Source of the DNA: Bugula neritina
Taxonomy: Eukaryota; Animalia; Bryozoa
Reading direction: 5' to 3'
NCBI GenBank assembly: GCA_964035545.1
Contig: OZ037772.1
Location: 2,914,001 to 2,978,000, forward strand
DNA: 64,000 bases
Below, in pieces: positions 26,178 to 39,418 of the stretch. Position 1 is the stretch's first letter. Each line of letters opens with the position of its first letter. The notes beneath the pieces are model-generated. The model searched no databases and was not told the DNA's origin. It was given only the letters and a program-made list of their open reading frames with translations. Position numbers and translations under genes: made by a program.

Positions 26178-27246
26178 CCCAAGTGATGAAGATTTTTTTT
26201 CTAAAAATTTCACAGTTTGTTATCAGCTCTTTGAGCTCTTGCCTTGTTTTCAAGATTACATGTACTGTATATGTATAACTATAACTCCTTCATTTTATGT
26301 AGTTCATATATTTATCCACACTACACTCTACAATCTAAGTTTACTTCTACATCCATGTGTCTATTATTCACTCTACCCTAGCTGCTACCCCTCCTACTAC
26401 GAATGAAGGTTCAGAAGTTTGAATTGGAAGCAAAACCAACAGGAAGTTTAAGCAGCAATGCAAGCTCATTTCTATAAACTATACACACTGCATACATATA
26501 GTGGATATATTTCCTGTGTTCCAGTACAATCATCACATCATCACTCTTCATTATGGCAGCATCAATCTTTTTAAAGCTGAACTCAAGTTGTGACCTTGAC
26601 ACAATTCTGTGATACAACTATCCTCACACTCAATAAATTATTAGAAAAAGAACCTGTTTCAGAGATATCTTTCAAAAAGCATTTCTGCAAATATATTTGA
26701 ACTTTTAACATTATTTGACAGTATTCTCCTGAGCTACCTTCATAAGAGAGTTACATGAGAGTGTCATTGAGCTGGTTTACAGTGAAGGAGGATTTGCTGA
26801 ATTCTGTGTTTCCACAAGCAAACTCTACCCACACATTGCTGACAATACACTAACAGTTTTAGTGCCATTCAGCACCACGTTTTTATATAAGATAGGATTC
26901 CTTCAATTAATATGCTAATGGTTAGGAATCAGCAAATGAAGTGCCTTGACCTGCAAAGTGACCTACAATGTACAGCTTGCCAAAACCCAAGTCAAACTTA
27001 AGCAAGCTGCAGCACAAATTCACCAGCTGCAGCCATAGTATTAATAATTAAACTGCTCTGTGCTTTTTACATGCATAATATAATAATCATAATCTTATAT
27101 TATAATCAAATAAACTAGAACAAATATAGACTTCTATTGTATATTATGCCTATCATTCATAAATTGCACTTTTAGAAAGAGGGGAACTTAATAGTAAACA
27201 GTTATGGAAGGGGAGATGGTGGTATGAAGAAGGTTTGGAACCACTG
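26178..27246 (-). mobile_element. hAT-like MITE family copy (inverted, with additional internal sequence)
   Basis: 26200-26365 is the reverse complement of ~2200-2360. 27170-27246 (...ggtatgaagaaggtttggaaccactg) is the reverse complement of the left end at 2025. Confidence 0.6.
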
Positions 27247-27689
27247 AGCTAGAGGAACCACCATACCTCTACCATAGCATCACATCCCTCTGCCATCTTG
27301 ATTGCAGCCTGCCAGTTAAGAAAATTCAAGATTAATCAGATGTTCAGTGATGTCGCTGAATATGCTAGTACTAAACTGCTCAACTTAAACATAATAAAAA
27401 TATTTTACATAATGAAAGTACAAACAAAAAGATGCAAGTGCTAGCTGACACTCAAGACTACTAATAAGAGACAAAGTCCTTGTAAAGATTTTGCTACTAA
27501 AAAGGACATAGATGTTATCGGTATTTTTGTAATTTGAAAATATACAGGACCGGAATTAGATATTCTAAAATAGCTCAATTGAAAAACATGCACACCTGGT
27601 GCCCTGGATAATTTTTCAGATTTCAACCTTAGAGTTGTCTCTCTTCGAGGCTACAATATAGCGCTCCGCTCACTGAATGCAACATTTCT

Positions 27690-27866
27690 TTTCACGTGAT
27701 TATTATAGAGCCGACCTTTGTAGTTGAGTGACGTGTTATAATCCTTCTGCACGCAGAACTTCCTCGTTATTTTGGTTTTATTCATATTGTGCCTTTTTTC
27801 AGTTACTACTTACTAGTTACCAAGTTTCTTACCAGTTTACAGACTGACACTATTGACTCTCGTGAG
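27690..27866 (+). promoter_or_regulatory. Probable promoter and non-coding first exon of the copy-B TRIM gene
   Basis: Local CpG enrichment with CACGTG, TGACGT and ACTTCC motifs and a GAG|GTGAGA donor at 27867. The RING exon begins with an acceptor (tttacag|, 29888) upstream of its ATG, so an upstream UTR exon is implied. Confidence 0.4.
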
Positions 27867-29910
27867 GTGAGAACAGTTTGAGTCATCTCATCATTTCTCA
27901 AATTAATCAGGTACCCGTATTTTAATACTTGCAGTTACTGAGTTAGATTTACTATTTTAGTATTTACTATTAGTATTAGTATTTAGTATTTTACTATTTT
28001 AATTCTAGATTTACTTTTACTTTTAGTTTTAGTTCTACTTTTAGCCTTTAAGCTTTAGGTTTAAGTCTAGGCTTATAACTTATATAAAATCAATATAAGA
28101 TTAAGCTTAAGACTAAGTTATGTTTAAATTATAAGTTATATAAATTAAAATTCTTACAGTTAATGTTATAATATTATTATTTATTAAATATAATTGTTTC
28201 TCTTTGAGTCTTTGATTTGAAATTTACAATAGACATAGTAATACCATAGCCCATAGGCATATGATCAATAATTAATTAATTATAATGATTTATCGAATAA
28301 TATAAATATGAATATCGTATTAATGATATTAAATTTATTATTATTATAAAAGATTTAATCGACTTCAAGTTTAGGTTCAAGTTTTAATACTGAAAAATTA
28401 ATCTACTAGTAGTAGTACTAGTACTACTACTAGTACTACTACGTCTACAGTAATAGTAGTGGTAGTAGCCTACGATTACAGATTACTATTACGTACTACA
28501 AGTATTAGTCTATTCGTAATACATGTACTATTAGATTACTCTTAGTATTGCTATTCGATTTACTGTTGGTATAACTATATAGGAATTAAGACTAAGTATT
28601 TCAGTTTCGCACTATTTTGTTTATATAAATATTTGTATTAACTTCAAGTATTACTATTAGTAATCACAATTAGTATTGATATTGCATCTCCTATTAGGAT
28701 AACTGCTATTAATATTAGTATTGTTGTATGAGTAATTACTAATTAATATTAGTAATTTTTACTCATTGCATTACATTTACTATAAGTATAACTATAAAGT
28801 GTAAGTTACTATTATTGCTCTACTATAACTATCAGTATTAGATTTAGTGTTGCAGTTGGTTTTACTGCCAGGTCCCCTACCATCATTAAATTTATACATA
28901 ATGATAATCTTGGTGATTATCACCCAATATTGACTCATATGACTAGGTTAGCCATATTTATATGATCTACTATTGTTGTAAACATAAAAATATGAGGTTA
29001 GTGTTAATAAATCATTTGCTAGGTAAGAGTGTAGAATAAATAATTGGCTAGAGATGAGTGTAGAAGCTGCCAACTCATGAAACAACTACACCTGACCTAA
29101 CAGAAGCACAAACATGTTGAATTAGTATGTTTCACACCACCATAGTTTCTATTAAATGATTTAATAGCAAACTAGCGGTTGATGGCTTTTTCCCTGGCTG
29201 GTGGAAGAGGGAATCTAAGTAACATATTAAATCATGCATCACCAACACTGCAGAAATGTTGAAATGAATTTTGTCATTTAGATTATGGAGAAAACAAAGT
29301 ATTTTCAACACCCAGCACAAAATATTTCATGAAACTATGTTTTCTCCCACTGCTATGTTTCCCCCTATTTTGTGTCTTAGCGTGAGCCCACGCAATGTAT
29401 CTAGCCCAAAAATGGGCAGGTAACATTGTAAAACTGGCTGATATCTTTGAATGAGGGGATAAGCAGCTGAGCCCAATTGTGCTGTTTGTTCATAAAAGTA
29501 ATACATAACTCACTGGTATTCATGTTTCACTTCTCCTCTATATATTAGAAACACTTGGTTAGTGGTGTTCAATAGAAGTAGAATAATAGTGTTCACTGAA
29601 GCACACAACATTGCTTCATATTTACTGTATGTGGAGTTTGAGTCACCAGCAAAAACCTATTCAGTGATTACAATGTAAACAATACAGCCTTTGTTAGAGA
29701 GTTAAAGCTGTGAGCTCAGCATGTTGTAGCTGACTATCATGTATACCAGTCTTATTAACTGCCTTTGTTTAACATTATTTTTCACTTTATTTTGTATGGT
29801 TTATTGTTAATGGTTAAGTCTTTGATTTGGAAACCTTCACAGATGTAGTGTGAAATATTATGCTAAGAGTATGTGTATCTTTTACAGGATTTCCTTATCA
29901 TATAACCAAG

Positions 29911-32900
29911 ATGGCAGAATCCAGAGTTGTGAAAAGAAGACTAAACAATTCGTATCGCTGTGGGTACTGCTCGCAGTACTTCAACAAACTTGAAGATCCC
30001 AGAACTCTGCCCTGTCTGCATGTGTACTGCATGAGATGTTTGAAGACTGACATAGGTGGTAGGAAGGATCATATTAGATGTGCTTATTGTAGGTGAGTTA
30101 CAGTACATAACACAATATGTCATGTCATAGGCTTGCGTATGATTTTCTCACTATAATCTAGGAGTTGTCTGATCTGTGTCTATGAAAAGCAAACAATACT
30201 GTATATTCTATGTGAACTCTGGTTACTAACTTGTGGAGTGTGTGGATATCTTTTCATTAGGTAGAGAAAATAACTGTTATGTAGATTGCACCATCAGCTG
30301 TCCTCTCTTGTTGAATTGTGGTGCTGTTTGATGTCATGGGATTGGGGTTGTCTCCTCATTATATTATTTTGTTCTCATACAGTACAAGTACTTGTTATTG
30401 TTAGACCAACCTTTTTCATATCATCCCCACTTTCATAAATGTTTACTATTAATTATCCCCCCTTTAAAAAACCAAAAAATTTATGACTGACATAATGATA
30501 ATATAGATTACTATGCAATATTTTTCCTATTACATTTGAATATAATATAATTATTTCTGATAATTATATTATGCATGTATAAAACACAGAGCAGTTCAAT
30601 TATTAATATTATGGCTGCAGCTGATGACATTATGTCAGCTTGCTTTCCAACCTCCCACCCCAACCCCTAAACCCCAACCCCAATATTGTAATTAAAACAC
30701 ATTCATGTAGAAGTAGACTGAGATGGCAGAATTGGTTAAATAGATAAGCTAAGATGAATGCTTATAGATATACATGTACATGTAACTCGCAAGAGCTCAA
30801 AAGTCTTTAACAAACTGCTTGAAATTTTCAAAATCGAAATCCAGGCTCCCCCTAAAAAGCCCAAATTCCCTCTTATAGGGGGATTCTCCCAGGTTGGGAA
30901 TCACTGTGTTGAATTGACTTGTGTTTACTATCTTCTTTCCTGCAATTATAAACATGTATGATGTTGTCATGACAACAGAGTTGCTGTGGCACAAAGTACA
31001 GTTTACTAGTATGTAGTGATTGTGTAGTGAGAGTGGAGTGTCTGGTTATTGTCCATGGTTATGTGTAATCTGTAAGGAGTAGAATTATATTATTTTAATA
31101 TAATGTTGAGGTACTTTTATAATGGCAGTTTGGTCAATAGCTTTAGTTCTAATGCGATAGACTCATAGCTCTGGAGTCTAGCAGCTGCTACTATTACCAC
31201 TAGCTGTTCAAAATTCTGCCAACATCCGGGCTGCCAGAGCATAATAGCCATTGGCAAGGCCAAGCAGTCACTGGGAAATTATTTGACTAAAAAGCAGGTC
31301 TTATGACAATTAGTAGTCAGTCCCTTAGACAGGAATCAGTGATTCTGTGACCTATTTAGTTAAATCCAGAGCTGAACTTTTGATTGATTATTAGATGGCC
31401 ATCACAATTGTATTTGGTACAATATATTATTATGGGGTGTCAATCAGTATCTAATATAATCTGTGAATTGAGTGTCTCCTTTAGCTTTGATGAGTTGGTA
31501 CTTCTTCTACCATCAGTCAGTTGTATTGAGTGTTACTTTGTACTGAGTCATGAATAGTGTTGAGGATTTGGGCCTATATTATGCCACCCCCGCTCTCTGA
31601 CTTAGACTGAGACCCAACCTGCTGCACATACATAGCAGTACTACACTGAAGATAGTTAACATGTGTATGTGTCATCCTACTAGTAATGGATTACTAACTA
31701 CAACTTATCCTACGACTCCCTCTTTTTATGCTAGCTGCACGAGATAGACAACTCACAGTGACACGCACTCACAGTGCACTAGCTCTTGACACATTGCCAA
31801 GGATGATGAAATGACAGTTTCGCGCCACTCCTAGCAGTTAGAGTGGCAGGGAATAGTTGTAGTATGTTGTAGTATTGGCTCTTCAGAATTCACCCCTCAG
31901 TAATTAGCTGCATTGCACAAACTTGCAACAAAAGTGAATAATTATTGACAATATGGCCTCCACTCAGTAGTTAACTAGTAATTTGTCTTGTCATTTTACT
32001 CTACAAGTTACAGTTGAGTCTATTTGTTGAGTAGCAGTTCTTTGTCATGAGTGACTATTTTCCAGCATATTAGTACATAATATAGTCAAGTGTGTTTTTG
32101 TGATAGCCTGTGGTCTATATAATGAATGTGTGTTGATGAGTGATGAGTATTTATTTGAGTATTTGTCAAGGACATAGCTGTGTGTGTGGATGGAGTATTT
32201 CATTACTTGAGATATACTAAACACAGCTAACACAGATAACATACTGATTGCTATATATTGTAGGAAAGATCACTATGACATCACAGATCCCACAACACTA
32301 CCAGTAGCTCAGCATGGAGACCCCTTAGAATACAAGTCTCCACCCAAACCTGCACCCATTCCCTGCGATGTGTGTAAAGGTGGAACACAAGCTGCTGTGT
32401 TTTGTCTTGAGAGTCAAAAAAAGTTGTGTCAGCAGCATCAAGAAGTGAGTCTTTCTTATATAATTTCTCAAGATTAGTTACTAAACCAGTTCTGGTTTGT
32501 ATGTAGAATATTATTGAAAAGAAATGTTGAGTCTGTGTGACTTTTTATACTAAACACACAGTTTCACAGTGCAGTGAGTCAACTATGACAGACTTGTTGG
32601 TGAAAATACAACCAACTAAACTGTTGACCTTTATTATACAGAATCACAGGGAGCTGATGGGAGATAGACATCAGTTTATTGACATTGAGGTCTACAGAGC
32701 TTCTCCCCAAAGATATACTATCACTGAATGTGAACATCATAAACAGGAACAGCGGACAGAAGTGTGTTCCAAGTGTCACCAGATATTCTGTATGAGATGT
32801 GATATGAGGACTGGCTGTAAGGATAAGACAGGTATTTACTTGCTGTTTCTATTTCTGTAGAGAGAAACTGAGAAATGTTACAAGAACCTGTTATTTATTA

Positions 32901-35900
32901 TTTTATTATTAAAGGGAGTTATGTAACAGTAAAAGAGGAAGTAAGTTTGTCAGCATTAGGGTTTGTGTGAGACAGAAGTGGATAGTGCAGGAGTTTATAT
33001 TCTCACTGTTATGTTGAATATTTAGTATATTTCATCCTTCAAGTGTCTGTTTCCTTGATAAGATGGTATAGGCATAGCTTTAACTCAGTGGTGTCCCACC
33101 TTCTTCATACCATCCCTCTTTTTATAAATGTTTTCTATTAAGTTTCCCCTCTTTTGAGAAACACTGTAACTATTCATAAAGAAAATCACGGTACAGATTT
33201 TTTCCAGAAAAGGCCAGTGTGTTTGACATGGACCAGTGTCTGCCACAACTTCAGTTCAGCTTTGAAAGCATTGATGCTGGTATTAAAAGCAGTGAGTTGA
33301 TGATTATACTCATTCATTTTAGGTTCAGAGTTTTTAGTACAGCAAATATAACTACTAGGTATGCAGTAAATAGTTTATGGAGATCAGTTTGACTGGCTGC
33401 AACAACTTCCTGTTAGTTTTTGCTTTCAAGAAACTTTTTAACCTCCATTCGTCGTAGGAGGCGTAGCAGCTAGAGTAGAAAAGGAAAAGGCACTTTGTGT
33501 TTGACATGGACCAGTGTCTGCCACAACTTCAGTTTAGTTATAGTTATACATATACATGTAACCTGGAAAACAAGGCAAGAGCTCAAAGAGCTGGTAAACT
33601 GTGTGAATTTTTTAGAAATGAAACCCCTGAAAAACCCAAATTCCCTGCAGGGGGAATTCCCCCAAGGTTGGGAGTCACTGCTCTAACTTTTTCAATTATA
33701 TTATTCCAAGTGCAGTGATTAATGAGCTAACCTGTGAAATGTTTCTAGTCCAAGTCCAACTGTCTATAGTTATTACATAGTATGTGTGTAGTGATACATC
33801 ATCAACCTGTAGGTACAGGTAGTAGGTGTAGAATAAGTACAATGTCACATCTATAATAATGCTTTTATGAATCGTGTGATTTTATGTATACAGAGGAGAC
33901 AGTAGCATCCCATGACTTGGCATCTTTGAGTGATTTGTCTTTTGAGTTACGAGAAAGTCTGACTGGTGGAATAGAGACTCTGTCTGAGAAAGTTGCAGAG
34001 TTGAATGACATCTCAAAGGATGCCTGGAAAGAACTGAGTAAAATAGAAGATGAAGTGAAGAAGATGGTTGCCAGAGTAAACGCTGTGGCTGACGCTCAGG
34101 TATGCTGACATGGTGATGTCATCTGATGTATTTCTGTTTGTCTGAAATTAGGTTTTGCATTTGGTTTTTGAGTTGTAAATAGAAATGAATTTCATTTGCC
34201 ACTAGAATTAACTGGCCATTAAAGTATTATCATTCTGTGTACAAGTAGCAGTAGCCATTCATCACATGTTACTCAGTGCAGAGGAACCTGTCAATACAGA
34301 TGACTCACTCATCCTTCTGCAACTGTCAGTCACTCACACAGAAAGGTTGGCTGTCTGAGTGATTGACAGGTGTCAGGAGGAGGAGACTAGTCACGTGATG
34401 TACTAGCTCTCTGCTGTGTATAGAGTGTCACGTGACTGAGTCATTGTCCACTCAGTGGGTGATCTGTCACTTTCATTTCAAGTGCAGAGGTTGTGAGGTG
34501 CAGATGTGGTTACACTGTGTTACTATTTATTAGATAGAAGAGATTAGAAAGAAAGCTACAAACCTGAGGCTAGAAATATATGGATATTTGAAGAGCTGCA
34601 CACAGATAGTGGATAATTATAGAATAGAGCTGGCCTTGAGTAAGACAATGGGCAGACAGTCTCTGCTGGACACAGTACAACATGCAGTTGATAAGTTCAA
34701 TGATGCAGGGATTGTGAGAGACTACAAAGAGATGAGTGAGAAGGTGGAAAAGGCTACAGATATTGGTGTAATAGAGAAGTGTGTACTTCCAGACAGCATC
34801 TTGGTACCAACATGTAGGTGGAGTCTATAAATAGTAACACTAACTATAAATAACTTTCTGCTTGTAATCATGTGAGTTGCCTTCACTGAATATTTAAATA
34901 GTAGAATAAGTAGATAGAGTTTATTTATTAGAGATTGAGTTTTGTTCTACTCTCACATTATGAGACATTTCTGCAGTGTTTCAGAGTTTATGATGTATAA
35001 GTGAGCTGCTAAACTGTGTTATGCTGACTACCTGCTGTCAGTATCAACAAGATATTCTCACTTAGACCTGTGCATCACGTAGCAACTTGTAGTAACTACA
35101 GACTGCTTGTATTTAAAACATCTTTAGCTAAAAGTTATGTAATAAAGACTGTAACATGCTGATAGTAGATGTTATATTCTTCATCACATGACCTGTAGCT
35201 AATAATAATATTAGTGAATAATACTGCCTCCCTACAATAAGTTTATTTCCAGCTGCAGTAACATGCAGGATGTAAGCACAGGTAGAAGTGTATATTATAT
35301 TGTATAGGTTTAAGGTGTACTCTGTGTAGTGTGCAGTGAGCTCTTAGTAAACTCTCTATTCAGTCTTCCTTTCCAAGGGTTCACCTGGTAGTGTAGAGGA
35401 TAGGGACTCAACACTGCTGAGTGAGTTGGTGCTGCAAGGGGTTCAAACCCACCCATCAGCGTGTCTAGTTAGTATACTATGCAAGTGTTTTACAGTAATT
35501 TTAGAGGTGCTCAGTCTAACAACTGTACAGACTGCCAGCTACACATGAGTTATGAGTTGTAGTTTGACTTCAGTCTAGTGCTGCTATTGTTTTGGTCATC
35601 AGATAATTTAAATGTAAATAATTTGATACTTTTTGACTGCCATTGCTGAGACTATTGTAATTTAATGATGGCTGGTAGAGCAGTGTTTGCTGGTGGGACT
35701 CAGGTGGCTGTGGTTGGTTCTTGTTAAGTATTTAATATGTGATAATGTTGGAGTAGCTGCAGTAGTAGTAGAAGTAGACATGTGGGTGTGTTCTTGCTCA
35801 GAGCCACAGGCTAAGTTTGTGGGTCAAGGTCAATACAGTTGTATAAAGAGACACTATTTTCTGCTGTTTGAATATTTACTTCATGCATGTAACCTGCTTA

Positions 35901-36110
35901 GTTCCATCTTTAAGGGCAGTCTGTCTGTTTCTCTCAATACACACCAACTGATACAATATGATGCTATTATTTACAGGTCAACTGGTGCTTACTGTTCCCA
36001 GAGAAAGTCTTGGTGCGAATAGCGTGGTGTGGGACATTGCTGTGTGTAACAGAGACACAGTGTTTCTAGCATGTGGAGATGGTCTGAGGAGATACACAAT
36101 AAAATACTAA
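29911..36110 (+). CDS. TRIM/RBCC-like E3 ligase, copy B; complete RBCC but most of the beta-propeller deleted in frame (390 aa)
   Basis: Coding exons 29911-30092 (C3HC4 RING: CGYC..PRTLPCLHVYCMRC..CAYC), 32264-32444, 32642-32831, 33894-34099, 34534-34813 and 35977-36110. Total 1173 nt with no stops, all GT-AG; AATAAA at 36286. Confidence 0.82.
30406..30906 (+). mobile_element. hAT-like MITE family copy (diverged)
   Basis: ccaacctttttcatatcatcccc...cccaggttgggaatcactg; shares internal blocks (catgtagaagtag, aagagctcaaaag) with 2025-2420. Confidence 0.6.
33086..33680 (+). mobile_element. hAT-like MITE at the same site as 2025-2420, different interior
   Basis: CAGTGGTGTCCCACCT...AGGTTGGGAGTCACTG, flanked by ctttaact/ctctaact. 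Contains a ~35-bp direct repeat (tgtgtttgacatggaccagtgtctgccacaacttcagtt) at ~33218 and ~33496. Confidence 0.75.
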
Positions 36111-36823
36111 ACTTATCAGCTACAGTTTACTAATAATCAGCTCAGTGAGGTGCTGAGAGATGAATTGGATAATATTTGTCATCAGCATAATTATATTCAT
36201 TACAATTCATCAATACACACACTGTAATTATAGTTAGATATGAGATGTTTTACTGTATCAAATATATGTTGCTATTTTACCATCTAATAAAGTTTATTTG
36301 TTAGTGAAAACATAGTCTGTTTTCATGTCTCATTAGCTTTAGTTCAAGTTGAGTTTGGTTAGTAAAAATAATCTATACTGGAGCAGTAACTGTAAATGAC
36401 TTGTTTGTGGGAGAATTTATTCACTGAATTGACATGCAGGTGCAAGTAATTCCAACATGACTAAGTAAATTTATTCCAACCATTCATAATAATATACATT
36501 CCATTGCTGTGTACAACAGCATTGAGTAGCCAATCAAATTGTTTCTTGTCATGCAATCTGATAAATGATACATAAGTCAATCAACTAAATATAAACACTG
36601 TTTTACTCTACACATGAGCTGTCTGTGATACAGCTGTTTTGTAAACTGTGTGTAATTTGATGAGTTTAGTTCAATTGGTTGCAGTTTAATTATGACATGT
36701 TCCCCATTCATCTGGTAGAAATACCTTGTGTGCACAGACAAGTTGTAATGACTAACAGAAACTTTTTCAGTAGGTTCCAGTTCATCTTGAATATAATAGT
36801 ACAGCTTGTTGTCATTTGGTCTC

Positions 36824-37425
36824 CATAGTATTGATGGTACACTACCTTGTTTTGGCTTCAATAGTATTGATAGTATACTACCTTGTTTGGCCTCAATAGT
36901 ATTGATGGTAGACTACCTTGTTTGGCCTCAATAGTATTGATAGTATACTACCTTGTTTGGCCTCAATAGTATTGATGGTAGACTACCTTGTTTAGCCTCA
37001 CTAGCATTGATGGTACACTACCTTGTCTGGCCTTAATATTATAGATGGTACATTACCTTGTTTAGCCTCACTAGCATTGATGGTACACTACCTTGTCTGG
37101 CCTTAATATTATAGATGGTACATTACCTTGTTTGGCCTCAATAGTATTGATGGTATACTACCTTGTTTGGCCTCAATAGTATTGGTGGTAGACTACCTTG
37201 TTTGGCCTCAATAGTATTGATGGTATACTACCTTGTTTGGCCTCAATAGTATTGATGGTATTCTACTTTGTTTGGCCTCAATAGTGTTGACGGTAGACTA
37301 CCTTGTTTAGCCTCAATAGTATAGATGGTACGCTACCTTGTTTGGCCTCAATAGTATTGATGGTATACTACTTTGTTTGGCCCCAATAGTATAGATGGTA
37401 CACTACCTTGTTTAGCCTCAATAGT
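36824..37425. repeat. 35-bp minisatellite, copy B (~17 units)
   Basis: Same unit as 6495-6990. Confidence 0.95.
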
Positions 37426-38727
37426 CTTGCTAACAGCACAACTTACAAGATTCAACTAATTTAACTTGTTGAGATTTACATGAATATAATACATATGAAA
37501 TGTGAAAATAGCATTAAAAGTCAAGCAAGGAATTCACATGTTGACACAATTATATACTTTCACTTGAAGGTAAGCTTGATGAACCAATATGAACTGTTCA
37601 CAGAGTTTACTGTGTAGGATTTGCACCTAGAATATTTAGTTACATCAGAGCTAAGTGAAAAATCTAACAGTTGATTTATTCTGTTGAAAGTTAATGTGTT
37701 GAGTATTGATCTTATTACCCAACTTCACCCTTTTTACCGTAGAGTTTGTTGATGTAAGTTCACTTAATTAAACTATCCTCATGCAAGGGGTGGGGGTGGA
37801 ATATTATTGTGAATTTATGCTTTACTTGTTATTATAGGGTCTATTTAGGCAAAGCTATTTCACCAGGTTTGTGATTGCTAACACTTTATTCTATTTATTT
37901 CAAGATACTAATAAAACTGTACAACTATCAAAAACACGTTCCATAATAAGAGAGAGAATATACAAGACTTTACAATAACAATTCCAAGTGCTCTCTGCCT
38001 GCTAGTCAAATAGACTAGGGCCCACTACAAGTATTCAGCTCCGCCTACTACTAATTATTAACAGTCACTGATTGGCCATCACGATGGCACCATCACACTA
38101 GTTGATCTGCATGCTGCAAAATGCATCATGTCCTCTAGTTGAAGTGTGTGCATGGAGTTATCATTTCGATATAATAACATAATATACAAAATCTCTGCAA
38201 TATGCCATCTGGGATATCTGTATGAGAAACTTAACCAATCAACTAGCAGCATCTTCACTATTCAATGAAATTATCAAACTATATTATTTAACTGTAACAT
38301 TATCCTAGTGAAACCTCTTATCTGTTCCTCCTATTCACTAATCATCAAATTATTCTCCTCTACCAAATCAATACATTGTGCAGACTCCATATTTAATCAC
38401 CTCTACATACAGTTTATATTCCAGCTATCAGAGTCATGATTCTACATCACATGAATGTTCTCTACTTTAACAAGAGAATAGCCAACTATAAAACCTGCTA
38501 TAGCACACAATATAGCAACCTGTTATAACATGACATACAGTACATCAATATTCATTCACTACACAAAATATCTCAATACACATAACAACTGGAGCTGCTG
38601 AAGTTCAATGGCTTATACAAGTTGAATTGAACAAAACACTACGTTGTTCTTCAGCATATCAACTAGTATGAGTAGTGTGGAGAGATCTTTTACATATATA
38701 AAAACTTGTGTTTGAAGGAAATATTAA

Positions 38728-39418
38728 CCCTTTCGCGATCAACTTTGAAGTTACGTAATTTTATGCCTCGTTTGAGTTTATCGCGAATTTTGCTAGCAAA
38801 TTTTGCTTAACTTTCAAATTTATTATTATTAGTTACGCATGATTTTGGCCTTAAATAAACTGGTTATTATAATTTTAAGAGTATTTTCTATCATAAAAAG
38901 CTTCTTAAAGTGACGAGAGACCTTAGTTCTAGCTACAATCAGTCACTTTAATTTGACCTCTCAGAACCGCCATTTTAAAATTGAAAACTCAAAATGATAA
39001 AATTAATTTATAATATGATTCAAAATATAGTGACTTTAACATTTCTGTTTATTTAGATGTTCTTCTAAATGTTATCTGAATAAAATAAACTGGCCCTCTA
39101 TATTTTGACAGCAGTTTCTTGCATTTGAAAGTAGCGTTAAAATTTGCCGATATAATTTTGAAATTTGAGGATTAAATTGGAAAGCAACTAGCTGGCTTGG
39201 TAGCTATTAATTTAATCAAATTTAATGGCTATAATTATCCCAAAATTATCAAGCTGCAGTATCAGCATCAATTACAAAAACTTTTAGGCTGTTCGGTTGA
39301 AAACTGGAAGTTTAAAGTAAGCGCTATTGTTTGTTTACCTAAAAGACCATATATGGTCCATTGATCTGTGGATAGTGTCGCTTTGAGGGACATATATGGT
39401 CCATTGATCGCGTAAGGG
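38728..39418. mobile_element. Non-autonomous piggyBac element (691 bp), copy B-specific
   Basis: TTAA|CCCTTTCGCGATCAA...TTGATCGCGTAAGGG|TTAA, with a subterminal direct repeat catatatggtccattgatc x2. Copy A has the empty TTAA site at 8274-8277. Confidence 0.93.

Noticed and set aside
24758-26406. ORFs of 200-457 aa (and similar ones at 61967-63716)
   Set aside because: They are translations of the 17-bp satellite, which lacks + strand stops; all three frames give the same peptide.
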